Assembly: GCA_964594615.1 (NCBI GenBank)
Contig: CAZQNZ010000001.1
Coordinates: 1 to 51,290 of the forward strand
Reading direction: 5' to 3'
Length of the DNA stretch: 51,290 bases
Source of the DNA: an uncultured Planctomycetia bacterium
GTDB lineage: Bacteria > Planctomycetota > MHYJ01 > CAYXQY01
Below the pieces are notes generated by a model. The model ran no database searches and was not told where the DNA came from. It worked only from the letters and a program-made list of their open reading frames with translations. The position numbers and the translations under genes are program-made. Positions 9,821 to 19,199 of this stretch are shown here, one piece after another (within the stretch, counting starts at the first letter, position 1; every line of letters starts with the position of its first letter).

Positions 9821-10990
9821 TTACGATTTAACGGTTTTTAAGTCCTCAACCATCTGAACGATCTCATCGTCCGTTACGGTCTTTTCCGTGGCCGTCACTT
9901 CTTTGAATTTTTCAAAGGCCTCGTTCAGTTCCTCCTCGGAGAGATCGATGCCACGGTCCTCCAGAATGACCCGAAACGCATGACGACCGGAGTGCTTTCC
10001 AAGAATCAGTTGACTCTTTTCCAGACCCACGTCCCGGGCATCCATGATTTCATATGTTCGTTTGTCCTTCAGTACACCATCCTGGTGGATGCCAGCCTCG
10101 TGGGCGAATGCGTTTTCTCCCACGATGGACTTGTTGGGCTGGACGTCGAATCCGGTGTACTCGGACACCATTTTACTGGTGGGCAGAAGTTCTTTGGTAT
10201 CGATATTGGTGGACACGTCGTAGATGTCCTGGCGTGTTTTTAATGCCATGACCACTTCTTCAAGTGCTGCATTTCCGGCGCGTTCACCAAGGCCGTTGAT
10301 GGTCACTTCGATCTGATCGGCTCCGGCTTCGATCCCCGCAAGCGTATTCGCAGTGGCCAGGCCGAGGTCGTCATGACAGTGGACGGATAACTTCACATCC
10401 TCGATGCCCTTTACATTATCTTTGATGTACTTGATTCGTTCCTTGTACTCGTCCGGTGTCACAAATCCACACGTATCCGCAATGTTGAGGGTGGTTGCAC
10501 CGGCTTCCACGGCCGTGGAAAGGACTTCGCAGAGAAAATCCATATCGGCGCGGGTGGAATCTTCCGGAGAGAACTCTACGTCATCACAACCTTCCCTGGC
10601 CAGCGAAACCGTTTCAACAACCGTCTCCAGGATCTGATCCCGCGTCATGTCGAGTTTTTCCTCCACGTGGATGTCGGAGGTGCCAAGGAAAATATGCACT
10701 CGTGAATTGTCGGCCGGCTCAATGGCTTCCAGACATTTCTCGACATCATCCGTTATCGCACGTGCCAGTCCAGCAATGACGGGGCCATCTCCCTGTCCAA
10801 CGGTTTCAGAAATTTCTCGTACTGCTTTCAGATCCCCGGGTGATGCTGCAGGAAAGCCTGCTTCAATAATGTCCACCCCGAGACGATCCAGCTGCTTGGC
10901 GATGTCCATCTTTTCGTCGGGGGTGAGGTTTGCGCCCGGAGACTGTTCTCCATCTCGAAGCGTCGTATCAAATACGAGTACGTTTCTCAT
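9821..10990 (-). CDS. leuA: 2-isopropylmalate synthase family enzyme, short form without C-terminal regulatory domain (citramalate/homocitrate synthase not excluded)
   Basis: 389 aa. Motifs [33 protein letters not shown] and [16 protein letters not shown]. It lies upstream of leuCD, and the protein ends soon after the TIM barrel and subdomain. Confidence 0.8.
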   Translation of the reverse strand: MRNVLVFDTTLRDGEQSPGANLTPDEKMDIAKQLDRLGVDIIEAGFPAASPGDLKAVREISETVGQGDGPVIAGLARAITDDVEKCLEAIEPADNSRVHIFLGTSDIHVEEKLDMTRDQILETVVETVSLAREGCDDVEFSPEDSTRADMDFLCEVLSTAVEAGATTLNIADTCGFVTPDEYKERIKYIKDNVKGIEDVKLSVHCHDDLGLATANTLAGIEAGADQIEVTINGLGERAGNAALEEVVMALKTRQDIYDVSTNIDTKELLPTSKMVSEYTGFDVQPNKSIVGENAFAHEAGIHQDGVLKDKRTYEIMDARDVGLEKSQLILGKHSGRHAFRVILEDRGIDLSEEELNEAFEKFKEVTATEKTVTDDEIVQMVEDLKTVKS

Positions 10991-11128
10991 TGGTCACTCC
11001 TGAAATCGAGGGTAATGCCGTAAGTTAAGTTCTTTCTCATCGAATACGCCCGAAGCACCGGATAGAGTTCGGTGTTTCGGATGGAATCTGAAGAGAAATC
11101 GGTTGAATGGAGGGGTGTTGTGATCATG

Positions 11129-11149
11129 AGTGCCCTTTAAAAGGACACT
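11129..11149. promoter_or_regulatory. 21-bp near-perfect palindrome AGTGCCCTTTaAAAGGACACT in the leuA / GT2 divergent intergenic region (candidate operator)
   Basis: Read directly from the sequence: 10-bp arms with 9 of 10 complementary, immediately followed by TATAAT (11149-11154) on the + strand. Confidence 0.25.
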
Positions 11150-11550
11150 ATAATTAAAAGTATGATGATCCCGATGCGTATGGAGCTTATCGAGGAGATG
11201 GAGTGATAAGACATTCGGGTAGAGGAATGGCTCGGGAGGAGAGTGGAGGTGGAGCGACACACGTTTTCCCGAAATGTCATCATCCTTCTATTGATATTGA
11301 TCCATGTAGCCGATTTCAGATTCTTTTGAATACATGAATTATAAGGGTTCATCCGAAAGTTTCAACAGCGTGTGTAATGGAAACGAAGCGTTCTCCGCCT
11401 TCAACCAGGGTTCGCCTGTTGTTTTTCACCGACTCTTCATACGTTTGATGACCTGACCTGTTCCGGTGCGCTGATTGCTGTTAGAAATTCGTTCAGTTAT
11501 AATTTCGAACCCTTCCTGCTTGTTTTCAACAATTTGTCCTCCCCTCCTGC

Positions 11551-12270
11551 GTGTTCACGTTTGTTATTCCGGCCTATAACGAGGAAGAGTGGATTGGTCG
11601 ATGTGTGCGGAACATCCGTGAATCCGCCGAGGACTGCAAAATAAGCTACGAGATCATCGTTGTGGATAATCAGTCGACCGACCGCACCCCAGTGGTGGCG
11701 GAAAACACCGGGGCGGACGTCGTGGAGGAACCGGAGCGGCAGATTGCTCGCGCTCGAAATCGTGGGGCCCGGGCTGCATCAGGTCGATTCCTTATTTTTG
11801 TGGATGCTGATACCATGGTTTCTCCGCGGTTGATTGCAAGGACGGCGGAGCGATTGCGGAGTGGTGGGGTGGTAGGAGGAGGTGCACTGGTCCGTTCGGA
11901 TCAATCGGATGCCACGATGAAGTTCGGGTTACGTATCTGGAACACAATTTCTCGAAGATTTCGGTTGGCGGCCGGGTCATTTTTGTTTGCTCGACGGGAT
12001 GTATTTGACTCGGTTGGGGGTTTTAACGAAAACCTCTATGCATCGGAGGAGCTGGACCTCTCCATGCGACTGAAACGCCGTGGCAGACGGCTTGGCCTTT
12101 CGTTCGAAATTATTGAGGAGTGCGTGGTCACTTCTGCGAGGAAAACCAGCTGGTATTCGAACGGGCAACTCCTGGTCCGGTTTTTACTGGTTCTGTTTAT
12201 GCCCTGGGCGGTGTATTACCGGTCCCTCTGCGGCTTCTGGTATGACCGGCCGGAGGACGATTTGGATTGA
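11551..12270 (+). CDS. family 2 glycosyltransferase
   Basis: 239 aa with a GTG start. Motifs VIPAYNEEEWI, VVDNQSTDRT and FVDADT (DxD). Confidence 0.85.
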   Translation: MFTFVIPAYNEEEWIGRCVRNIRESAEDCKISYEIIVVDNQSTDRTPVVAENTGADVVEEPERQIARARNRGARAASGRFLIFVDADTMVSPRLIARTAERLRSGGVVGGGALVRSDQSDATMKFGLRIWNTISRRFRLAAGSFLFARRDVFDSVGGFNENLYASEELDLSMRLKRRGRRLGLSFEIIEECVVTSARKTSWYSNGQLLVRFLLVLFMPWAVYYRSLCGFWYDRPEDDLD

Positions 12271-12317
12271 GCGGTCCTGCTCGAACGGTTGTCAGGGCGT
12301 TTCGAGCAGCGGGTGTG

Positions 12318-13379
12318 CTATTTCCCCGGGGAGGGAAGGCCGTTTTTCACAGCGTCCACAACGGTCTTTGCCTGTTCTACGTTGGTTTCGGGATAAATGC
12401 CGTGGCCGAGGTTCATGATGAGACCCGGTTTTTCGCCGTACTCATGGTGAATCCGACGAATCTCTTGATGAATGCGATCGTCGTTGGACAGGAGCACGGT
12501 GGGATCGAGGTTCCCCTGAAGTGCGATATCGTCCGGTACGGTTTCACGGGCTTCTTCCATTGAAACCGTCCAGTCCAATCCAATCACATCCGGCCCGAGA
12601 TCAACAATGCTGGACAGAGAATGTCCGGTCCCTTTTCCATAGTAGATGAGCGGTTGTTCCCTGTGGGATATGTGTTCGATCACCCTGCGAACATGCGGGA
12701 GAACCTGCTCGGTGTAGGGACCCGGTGGGAGCGTGCTCGCGGAGGTATCAAACAGTTGAACCGCATCAACACCGGCTTCGATTTTGGCATCAAGCAGTTT
12801 GATGACGGCGTCCGTCAGGCGGGACAGAAGTTCATCCATGGCGTCGGGGTCATCGTAGAGTAGACGTTTGGCATGACAGTATCTGGTTGAGCTTCCGCCT
12901 TCGATCATGTAGCAGGCCAGTGTCCAGGGGGCGCCGGTGAAGCCAATCAGCGGCACCCGACCGTTCAGTCGTTCGACCGTCGCCCGTACACTCTCCAGCA
13001 CATACGTCAGGTCCCGCTCAGGATTCAGCTGTTCGAGTGAATTAATCTGATTGGAAGATCTCATCAGAGGTTCGACGGTGGGGCCGCTGCTGGACGTGAA
13101 ACGTATGGTCTGTCCCATGGCTTCGGGGATGATCAGAATGTCCGTAAAGAGAATCGCAGCGTCCACCCCCAGAACATCCACCGGTTGGGTGGTCACCTCC
13201 GCCACTCGTTCCGGTGATTCCATCAGTTCTCGGAACGTCATACGCTCTCGTAATTGCTGGTATTCGGGAATCACACGGCCTGCCTGTCGCATCATCCAGA
13301 TCGGCGGACGATCGAGTGGTTGGCAGCGACAGGCATCCAGAAAGCGAGTGTTGTTCATCAGATTCACTTGTTTCTTCAA
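12318..13379 (-). CDS. hemE: uroporphyrinogen decarboxylase
   Basis: 353 aa with RPPIWMMRQAGR and GFTGAPWTLA motifs. The start may instead be Met8 (MNNTRFLDA). Confidence 0.95.
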   Translation of the reverse strand: MKKQVNLMNNTRFLDACRCQPLDRPPIWMMRQAGRVIPEYQQLRERMTFRELMESPERVAEVTTQPVDVLGVDAAILFTDILIIPEAMGQTIRFTSSSGPTVEPLMRSSNQINSLEQLNPERDLTYVLESVRATVERLNGRVPLIGFTGAPWTLACYMIEGGSSTRYCHAKRLLYDDPDAMDELLSRLTDAVIKLLDAKIEAGVDAVQLFDTSASTLPPGPYTEQVLPHVRRVIEHISHREQPLIYYGKGTGHSLSSIVDLGPDVIGLDWTVSMEEARETVPDDIALQGNLDPTVLLSNDDRIHQEIRRIHHEYGEKPGLIMNLGHGIYPETNVEQAKTVVDAVKNGLPSPGK

Positions 13380-13604
13380 TGTTCGATGAGTGATCGACGT
13401 CGAGCCAGCCCTGGGTGCCTAACATTGGGGGACTGAAATGGAAACCCATCAATGAGAGTCGAAATACTAAAGTAGACCATGATCGAGGGAGATGATCTCG
13501 TTATTCTACGCGAAGTGGATTTGCCATTCAATGCTTGATAAACCGACGGCGGTAGCCTAAGGTGAGAGTTGAGTCGTATCCGGTATTTAGCGCATCATGA
13601 TCCC

Positions 13605-14465
13605 ATGCATAAGCAGATTCAATCCGAAAGTTCGCAGGAGTTGTCCGGGGAAATCCTGACCAAATTCGAGTGCCTGTGTGAGCAGTTTCACTCGGTGTCC
13701 TCGGTCATTGTTGCGTTTTCAGGGGGGGTGGATAGTTCACTGCTTGCCTATGCGGCTCATCGGGAGCTCGGTGAGGATATGCTGGCCATTACGGCGGCCT
13801 CGGAAACGTACCCCACGGAAGAATTGCGAGAAGCCGAACAGATTGCTGAGCAGTACGAGTTCCGTCACCGGGTGGTGCCGACGAGCGAGCTGGCAATTGA
13901 AGGGTATGCTGAGAACAGTCCGGATCGTTGTTTTCTATGCCGGGACGGATTGTTCACGATGCTTCACGAGATCGCTGAGGAGGAAGGGTTTTCCGCTATT
14001 GCATACGGTGAAAACGCCAGCGACGGGGCGGGCATGGATTATCGTCCCGGGCAGGCGGCGGCCAAAAAACATGATGTGCTTGCTCCCCTGGACGATGCGG
14101 ATCTGGAGAAGGAGGATGTGCGTCAGCTATCCCGGGCACTTGGACTTCCAAACTGGGATAAACCGGAACTGGCCTGTTTGTCTTCCCGATTTCCTTACGG
14201 AACGGAAATCACGGAAGAGGGATTGACGATGGTGGAAAAGGCGGAACGGTTTCTTCGTGAAAACGGTTTCCGACAGGTGCGCGTCCGTCACCACGGGGAG
14301 GTTGCACGCATTGAGGTACTTCCCACCAAAATTGATGAATTTCTGGATGGGGAACTTCGGGAACGGGTTGTCGAACATTTGCAGGAGGTCGGGTACACGT
14401 ATGTGTCGGTTGATCTGCGGGGCTATAAAACGGGCAGCATGAATGAGGCGCTGGATGACGAATAA
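13605..14465 (+). CDS. larE: PP-loop ATP pyrophosphatase, LarE-type sulfur transferase family (TIGR00268-like)
   Basis: PP-loop AFSGGVDSS and a conserved Cys in ELACLSSRFPYG. The track ORF starts at TTG 13569; I chose the first ATG (MHKQIQ). Confidence 0.75.
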   Translation: MHKQIQSESSQELSGEILTKFECLCEQFHSVSSVIVAFSGGVDSSLLAYAAHRELGEDMLAITAASETYPTEELREAEQIAEQYEFRHRVVPTSELAIEGYAENSPDRCFLCRDGLFTMLHEIAEEEGFSAIAYGENASDGAGMDYRPGQAAAKKHDVLAPLDDADLEKEDVRQLSRALGLPNWDKPELACLSSRFPYGTEITEEGLTMVEKAERFLRENGFRQVRVRHHGEVARIEVLPTKIDEFLDGELRERVVEHLQEVGYTYVSVDLRGYKTGSMNEALDDE

Positions 14466-14780
14466 CGTACTGTTCCTTGTTCGTGAACCGAGGGAATACT
14501 GAATTGCCGGGGTAAGCCGGTGGTGCGTGAAAAATTTAATTTCCCCTTCCAGAACCCCAATCAATAACAGTTGCCACGCTTTTGTGGGCGCAGGCGCTGG
14601 AACCGTTTCCGGGAACGGATGTTCGGACAGGTTCTATCACCTGGAATCTGCTTTCCGAGTGGCCTCAGCCATCTCCCTGTTTCGGATCCAGGGTCTCTGG
14701 CCTCAGGGAGTCATGAACGGTCTCTGGAGTGTGTTGGGTTGACTGATGAAGGAGGGGGGAACAGGGGGTTCAGCGGTCAG

Positions 14781-16670
14781 TTAGAATTCTCCCAGAAACC
14801 GACCGATTCCCAGTCGACCTCGAAAAAGTAGTATGAGATGGGTGAGGAAGTATACGAGAAACGAAAGCACGATGGAGGGAATCAGTGTGAATTGAACGGT
14901 GTTCCTGAGGTATTTTTTTCGTTGTTTTTTGCGTTCATCCGGCTGGGGACGAAAGGTAAGAGGAGCACCGTCGTAGAGGAATGAGATCGGATGAATCCGA
15001 TATGCCCAGTACCAGACAGCAGGAAGCAGTTCATCGTTCGAGGAGGGGATTCGAAACGCCTCCTTCTCCTGGGCCGCCGGGGTCAATTGTTGTACCTCGG
15101 GGGTCCCAACCGGTTCGTAGGGCATTTTGTTGAGAGCCACTCGACTCAGGAGGATGCCCGGCAGCACGATTAACGGAATGAGCGCCATTGCGAAAACCTG
15201 GTTCTCCGATATTGTGGAAACAAGCAGACCGATGACCACGCCAATGAGGGCGGAAAGTTCAATTAGGCTCATGGTCATGAGCAAGCGGAACGAGTAATCC
15301 GGGGAAGCGTAGTGAATGGAGCCGGTGAGAAACAGTCCGCCGATGAGCAGGAGGCCGACGGTCAGTCCGATCAGCCCGTACCACAAAAGTTTCGAGCTCA
15401 GGTAAGCCACGACGTACGTTTCCTGGTAAGGGGAGGCCATACGCTCTTTTTCCACGATGGGGAATTCCCGGATGATCGATAGGGAGGAGGTGGTGATCCC
15501 CAGCCAGAAGGAAGCCACCAGGGACAGGAAAACGGTCCGGGATGGAGAGGTGTGAATGTTTGAGACGGTTCCGATTAAGATTCCGATGACCGTGGGGAGC
15601 AGGAACAGGTAGCCTACGAAAGCGGGATGCTGAAACAGGACGATTTGCTCCCGGCGCAGCAGACCAAATTGTCGGGGGAGGAGATGTCGCAGGGCGAATC
15701 CTGCACTCTGCAGCGGCCGCGTAAGCGTCGCCCGCGCCGCAACGAACAACACCCGAAGGAAATCACGAACAAGCACGAAACTCCAGAACAGGATGCCTTT
15801 CAGTATCAGATACAGTGGTTGAACGGCAGCCAGGAACGACTCAGTAACGCTGAACCATCCGGTGTTACTCGTGGCTTCATCGGCTTCGGAAGAGACGGGA
15901 ACCTGATCAAAAAGTTCAGGGAACGACTGGCAATTGCGTTTCTTCAGCAGCTTCTCCGGACGAGCCTGATCTTCCACAGTGCCATCTCCCAGCAGGACGA
16001 TTTGATCAGCGAGTTCCAGCCGTTCCGTGTGATGGGTTGTGAAAACGACGGTGCAACCGTCGTCTGCCAGTTCTCGCAACAACTGCATGAAGGAGCGGTG
16101 GTTGGCTGGATCCAGCCCGGCGGTGGGTTCGTCCAGCAGGAGGAGCCGGGGCGAGGAGACGAGTTCCGTCGCTATGGACACACGTTTTCTCTGTCCTCCA
16201 CTCAGGTTTCCAACCCGCTGGTTGCGCATATCGTAAATGCCCAGACGACGTAACAGCGAATGGATTTCATCATGTTTCCGATCGGTCAGGGCCTCGTCTC
16301 CCAGACGAATCAGCGCAGCAAAGTGCACCGCCTGCAGAACGGTGACTTCTTCGTGTACGATGTCTTCCTGGGGGATATAGGCGAGTTGGCTCTGGTGTTT
16401 CTGCAAGTTTTCCGAGAGGGGTTGATTGTCGACGATGACCTGGCCGGTCTGTGGACGGATATTGCCACTCAAACATTCAAGCACGGTTGTTTTCCCACTT
16501 CCACTGACCCCCACCACCGCCGTCAGGCTGTTCGGCTGGATGTCGATTTGCTCGGCGGAAAACGTTTTGGTCGTCCCTCGATAAATTGTGACGTGACTCA
16601 GGTTCAGGCGTACGCCCCCTTCTGATTCCAGAAATTTCTGCTGTCCCTGTTGCTTCTTGTCGTTATTCAT
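14781..16670 (-). CDS. fused ABC transporter ATPase / ABC-2-type permease
   Basis: 629 aa. Walker A GVSGSGKTT, signature LSGGQRKRVSIA, Walker B LLLLDEPTAGLD, and a C-terminal half with about 6 hydrophobic helices. Confidence 0.85.
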   Translation of the reverse strand: MNNDKKQQGQQKFLESEGGVRLNLSHVTIYRGTTKTFSAEQIDIQPNSLTAVVGVSGSGKTTVLECLSGNIRPQTGQVIVDNQPLSENLQKHQSQLAYIPQEDIVHEEVTVLQAVHFAALIRLGDEALTDRKHDEIHSLLRRLGIYDMRNQRVGNLSGGQRKRVSIATELVSSPRLLLLDEPTAGLDPANHRSFMQLLRELADDGCTVVFTTHHTERLELADQIVLLGDGTVEDQARPEKLLKKRNCQSFPELFDQVPVSSEADEATSNTGWFSVTESFLAAVQPLYLILKGILFWSFVLVRDFLRVLFVAARATLTRPLQSAGFALRHLLPRQFGLLRREQIVLFQHPAFVGYLFLLPTVIGILIGTVSNIHTSPSRTVFLSLVASFWLGITTSSLSIIREFPIVEKERMASPYQETYVVAYLSSKLLWYGLIGLTVGLLLIGGLFLTGSIHYASPDYSFRLLMTMSLIELSALIGVVIGLLVSTISENQVFAMALIPLIVLPGILLSRVALNKMPYEPVGTPEVQQLTPAAQEKEAFRIPSSNDELLPAVWYWAYRIHPISFLYDGAPLTFRPQPDERKKQRKKYLRNTVQFTLIPSIVLSFLVYFLTHLILLFRGRLGIGRFLGEF

Positions 16671-17808
16671 CTTGGGGCCCCGGGTCAGATTGATAAGAGA
16701 TCCGAAAGTCGGGCTTTCGAAGAAACGTGATCCTGTTCAGCACATGACGGTTGGGGAACGAGGACATTGCGATGCGACCGTGTAATTGTGCTGTTCGGAT
16801 GTGATCTTGTTTGTGCTGATATACAAATTTGATCCGTCGAAGTCGAAGTTCACCGATGAGTTTCGACCGTGAAGGATGGAGGATATTAAAGGAACCGGAC
16901 CCCCTGAACGTGATCCGATTCCGGTCCTGCGCCGTTTTTCTCAACGTAGCTTCACCGGTCAGTCGGCAGGGAAAAAACGACTGCAGGTATTGGTCGATTC
17001 CGGTGATGGAGAACGGTTGATCCGAGAACGGCTTTGTGGACGATGACTTTTCGTGCCTCCTGAATTGGTTCGGGATGAGACGTTCGGGAATCACCGGAGC
17101 GTTCATGAGCACATCCCGGTCCAGCCCGGAAATCTGATGTTCCGTGTCTGCAAGTGAGATTGAGCGACTCCGACCGTCCCATGTATGGTGCAACGTAAAG
17201 TGTTTCCCTTCATGTGGGCTGATGAATCGGATGACCTGCTGTTGATGGTTCGACGTCCGCTCATCGCCCTCCATAAAGTTCATCAGCCGTGAACGTTCTC
17301 CCTCGCTTAACGTTTCAGGCTCAACAGGTCCCACGGGATAGCCCTCCTTTCCGAGGGACAGGAGCTGATCGCTGGATCCAAGGGTTTGCAGGATCTCCGT
17401 GATGTTCCAGTCCAGGGAGAAGGGGTTTTCCGGCGGGGCGGAGATGAGCAAAAAGCGATGGCGATTCAGTTTCCTCCGTTCGGTGAATGAAGAGGAGGTC
17501 GCTGAGGTCATGTCAGTTCTGTATTTCAATTCCTGAACGAACTGAAACTGTCGAATCCGTTCGGTGGCCCAGTTCGTCGCCCGTCCCGGTCCGGCCAGGT
17601 GAAACCGGATTTGGCACCGGCGTTGGATGGACGAGATTTGTTCGGGGGGCATGCTGGTTCGAGGGCTCTCAGATTGAGGGGCACGTTCAGCAGCCGGAAG
17701 GAAAACCACGATGGTTCCGGCAAGGAGGAGGATGCCCGTACCCAGCATCAGGAGAGAAGCCGGCATGAATGATAGGCATCTGCGTACCATGTGAAGGGGG
17801 CGTTTCAT
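16663..17808 (-). CDS. hypothetical membrane-anchored protein (no recognisable domain)
   Basis: 381 aa with one N-terminal hydrophobic helix (LLMLGTGILLLAGTIVVFL). The rest is Arg/His/Ser-rich. Its stop overlaps the ABC gene's start by 8 nt. Confidence 0.55.
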   Translation of the reverse strand: MKRPLHMVRRCLSFMPASLLMLGTGILLLAGTIVVFLPAAERAPQSESPRTSMPPEQISSIQRRCQIRFHLAGPGRATNWATERIRQFQFVQELKYRTDMTSATSSSFTERRKLNRHRFLLISAPPENPFSLDWNITEILQTLGSSDQLLSLGKEGYPVGPVEPETLSEGERSRLMNFMEGDERTSNHQQQVIRFISPHEGKHFTLHHTWDGRSRSISLADTEHQISGLDRDVLMNAPVIPERLIPNQFRRHEKSSSTKPFSDQPFSITGIDQYLQSFFPCRLTGEATLRKTAQDRNRITFRGSGSFNILHPSRSKLIGELRLRRIKFVYQHKQDHIRTAQLHGRIAMSSFPNRHVLNRITFLRKPDFRISYQSDPGPQDE

Positions 17809-17826
17809 CCGGGGAATCCCCGTAAA

Positions 17827-18876
17827 TCAATCAGAACTCTGTCTGCGATCATCGTTCCACGAATTGATGAAATCAATCATTTTTCGAAGACGGCCATAAT
17901 CCAGGGACGAAAAGGAGAAGACGAGCCGATACAGTTGTTCCGGGATGACCGGCTCCTCCCCATCCAGGGGACCCTGCTGAAGGCGAAAGCCGGTTTCCGG
18001 ACAGAGATCACGAAACTCGTCTTCCAGTTCCCGTTGTTGCGTGGACGTAGGGGGATCCCACAACCGGACGACAAAGTGTTCGTCTACGTAGCGGCAACTG
18101 TGGAAGTTCGAGTAGAAACGATTCACGCTGGCCAGTGCTTCTTCCGGTGTCTGCACATACTCGAACAGATTCAGGTCAGTTTTCGAAATCGTACCGGCTT
18201 CAATAAGATTTTCCTTCATGTAGGAAATGAACGATCCCCAGAACCCATCCCGATCGATGAGAATGAGAGGAAGCAGGTGCTGTCGTCCGGTCTGGAGCAG
18301 GGTCATCAGCTCCATGAACTCATCGTGCGTCCCAAGACCACCCGGAAAAATAACAACCGCCTCGGCCTCTTTGGCAAACAGTAATTTTCGAGAAAAGAAA
18401 TAACGGAAATGAATACATTTGTCGTCACCGCGTATGTAGCGGTTCGGGCGATCTTCGAACGGAAGTGTGATATGGAGGCCAAATGAGTTTTCAGCGCCGG
18501 CACCTTTATTGACAGCTTCCATAATGCCCGGACCGGCTCCCGAGATTAACATGTAATCGTCATCGGCCGCGAGACGGGAAAACCGTTCCGCGTCCTGATA
18601 TTCCTGGTCTTCCGGTTGCTTTCGAGCGGATCCGAATACGGAGATTTTGCGCCGACCCCGGTATTCCTGGAAAATCTGGAACGCATAGCGGATTTCTTTG
18701 ATGCTGTTGGTGAGCATTTTCATCTCCAGAGCGCCCGCCTCATCCTGAGATAGTTTTCCCCCGGTCACCATGATCTGACGGACGTACGATTTCAGCTCCG
18801 GATCGTCGAGATCAAGCGTTTCTACTGCTTCACTGATGGCTTCGTTGGTGTCTTCGTTGGTCGTTCTATACGGCAT
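17827..18876 (-). CDS. LOG / TIGR00730-family Rossmann protein (nucleotide 5'-monophosphate nucleosidase-like) with extra C-terminal region
   Basis: 349 aa. Motifs VFGSARK, ISGAGPGIMEAVNKGA and PGGLGTHDEFME. Confidence 0.8.
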   Translation of the reverse strand: MPYRTTNEDTNEAISEAVETLDLDDPELKSYVRQIMVTGGKLSQDEAGALEMKMLTNSIKEIRYAFQIFQEYRGRRKISVFGSARKQPEDQEYQDAERFSRLAADDDYMLISGAGPGIMEAVNKGAGAENSFGLHITLPFEDRPNRYIRGDDKCIHFRYFFSRKLLFAKEAEAVVIFPGGLGTHDEFMELMTLLQTGRQHLLPLILIDRDGFWGSFISYMKENLIEAGTISKTDLNLFEYVQTPEEALASVNRFYSNFHSCRYVDEHFVVRLWDPPTSTQQRELEDEFRDLCPETGFRLQQGPLDGEEPVIPEQLYRLVFSFSSLDYGRLRKMIDFINSWNDDRRQSSD

Positions 18877-19199
18877 GTTGACTCCAGAAAATCGGTACTG
18901 ATTTTAGAGCTGGATGCTGTCGAAACCGGTGTGTCCCCTGAAATAATACCTGTTTCATGTGACACGAACCGGGATTCAGGCTGTACTATACCACAGCCGA
19001 ATGCCCGCATTACAATCTCCTCCCAGAGATCCTGCAGGGAGACCGTAGACGGATCGGACCCTTGATTTTTCGGCTTGATCACGGGAGAATAAACGGTATC
19101 TTCACTCCCGCCGGTTCCTGCCGAACCATCGGTGATTGCCGTGCGAACGTATACGCCTCTCTCACTCGTTCAATTTCTGCTCTATTCTTCTATTGATTG

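Noticed and set aside
10994-11352. 88-aa and 71-aa minus-strand ORFs in the leuA/GT2 intergenic region
   Set aside because: They have odd His/Ser/Leu-rich low-complexity translations in an AT-rich promoter region. They have no ribosome-binding site and no recognisable fold signature, and neither is a Leu-rich leader peptide.
18960-19130. SOS (LexA) operator upstream of uvrA
   Set aside because: The only candidates are GAACCGGGATTC (one mismatch to GAAC-N4-GTTC) and GGTTC-N5-GAACC. Both are short, imperfect and poorly placed relative to any promoter I can see.
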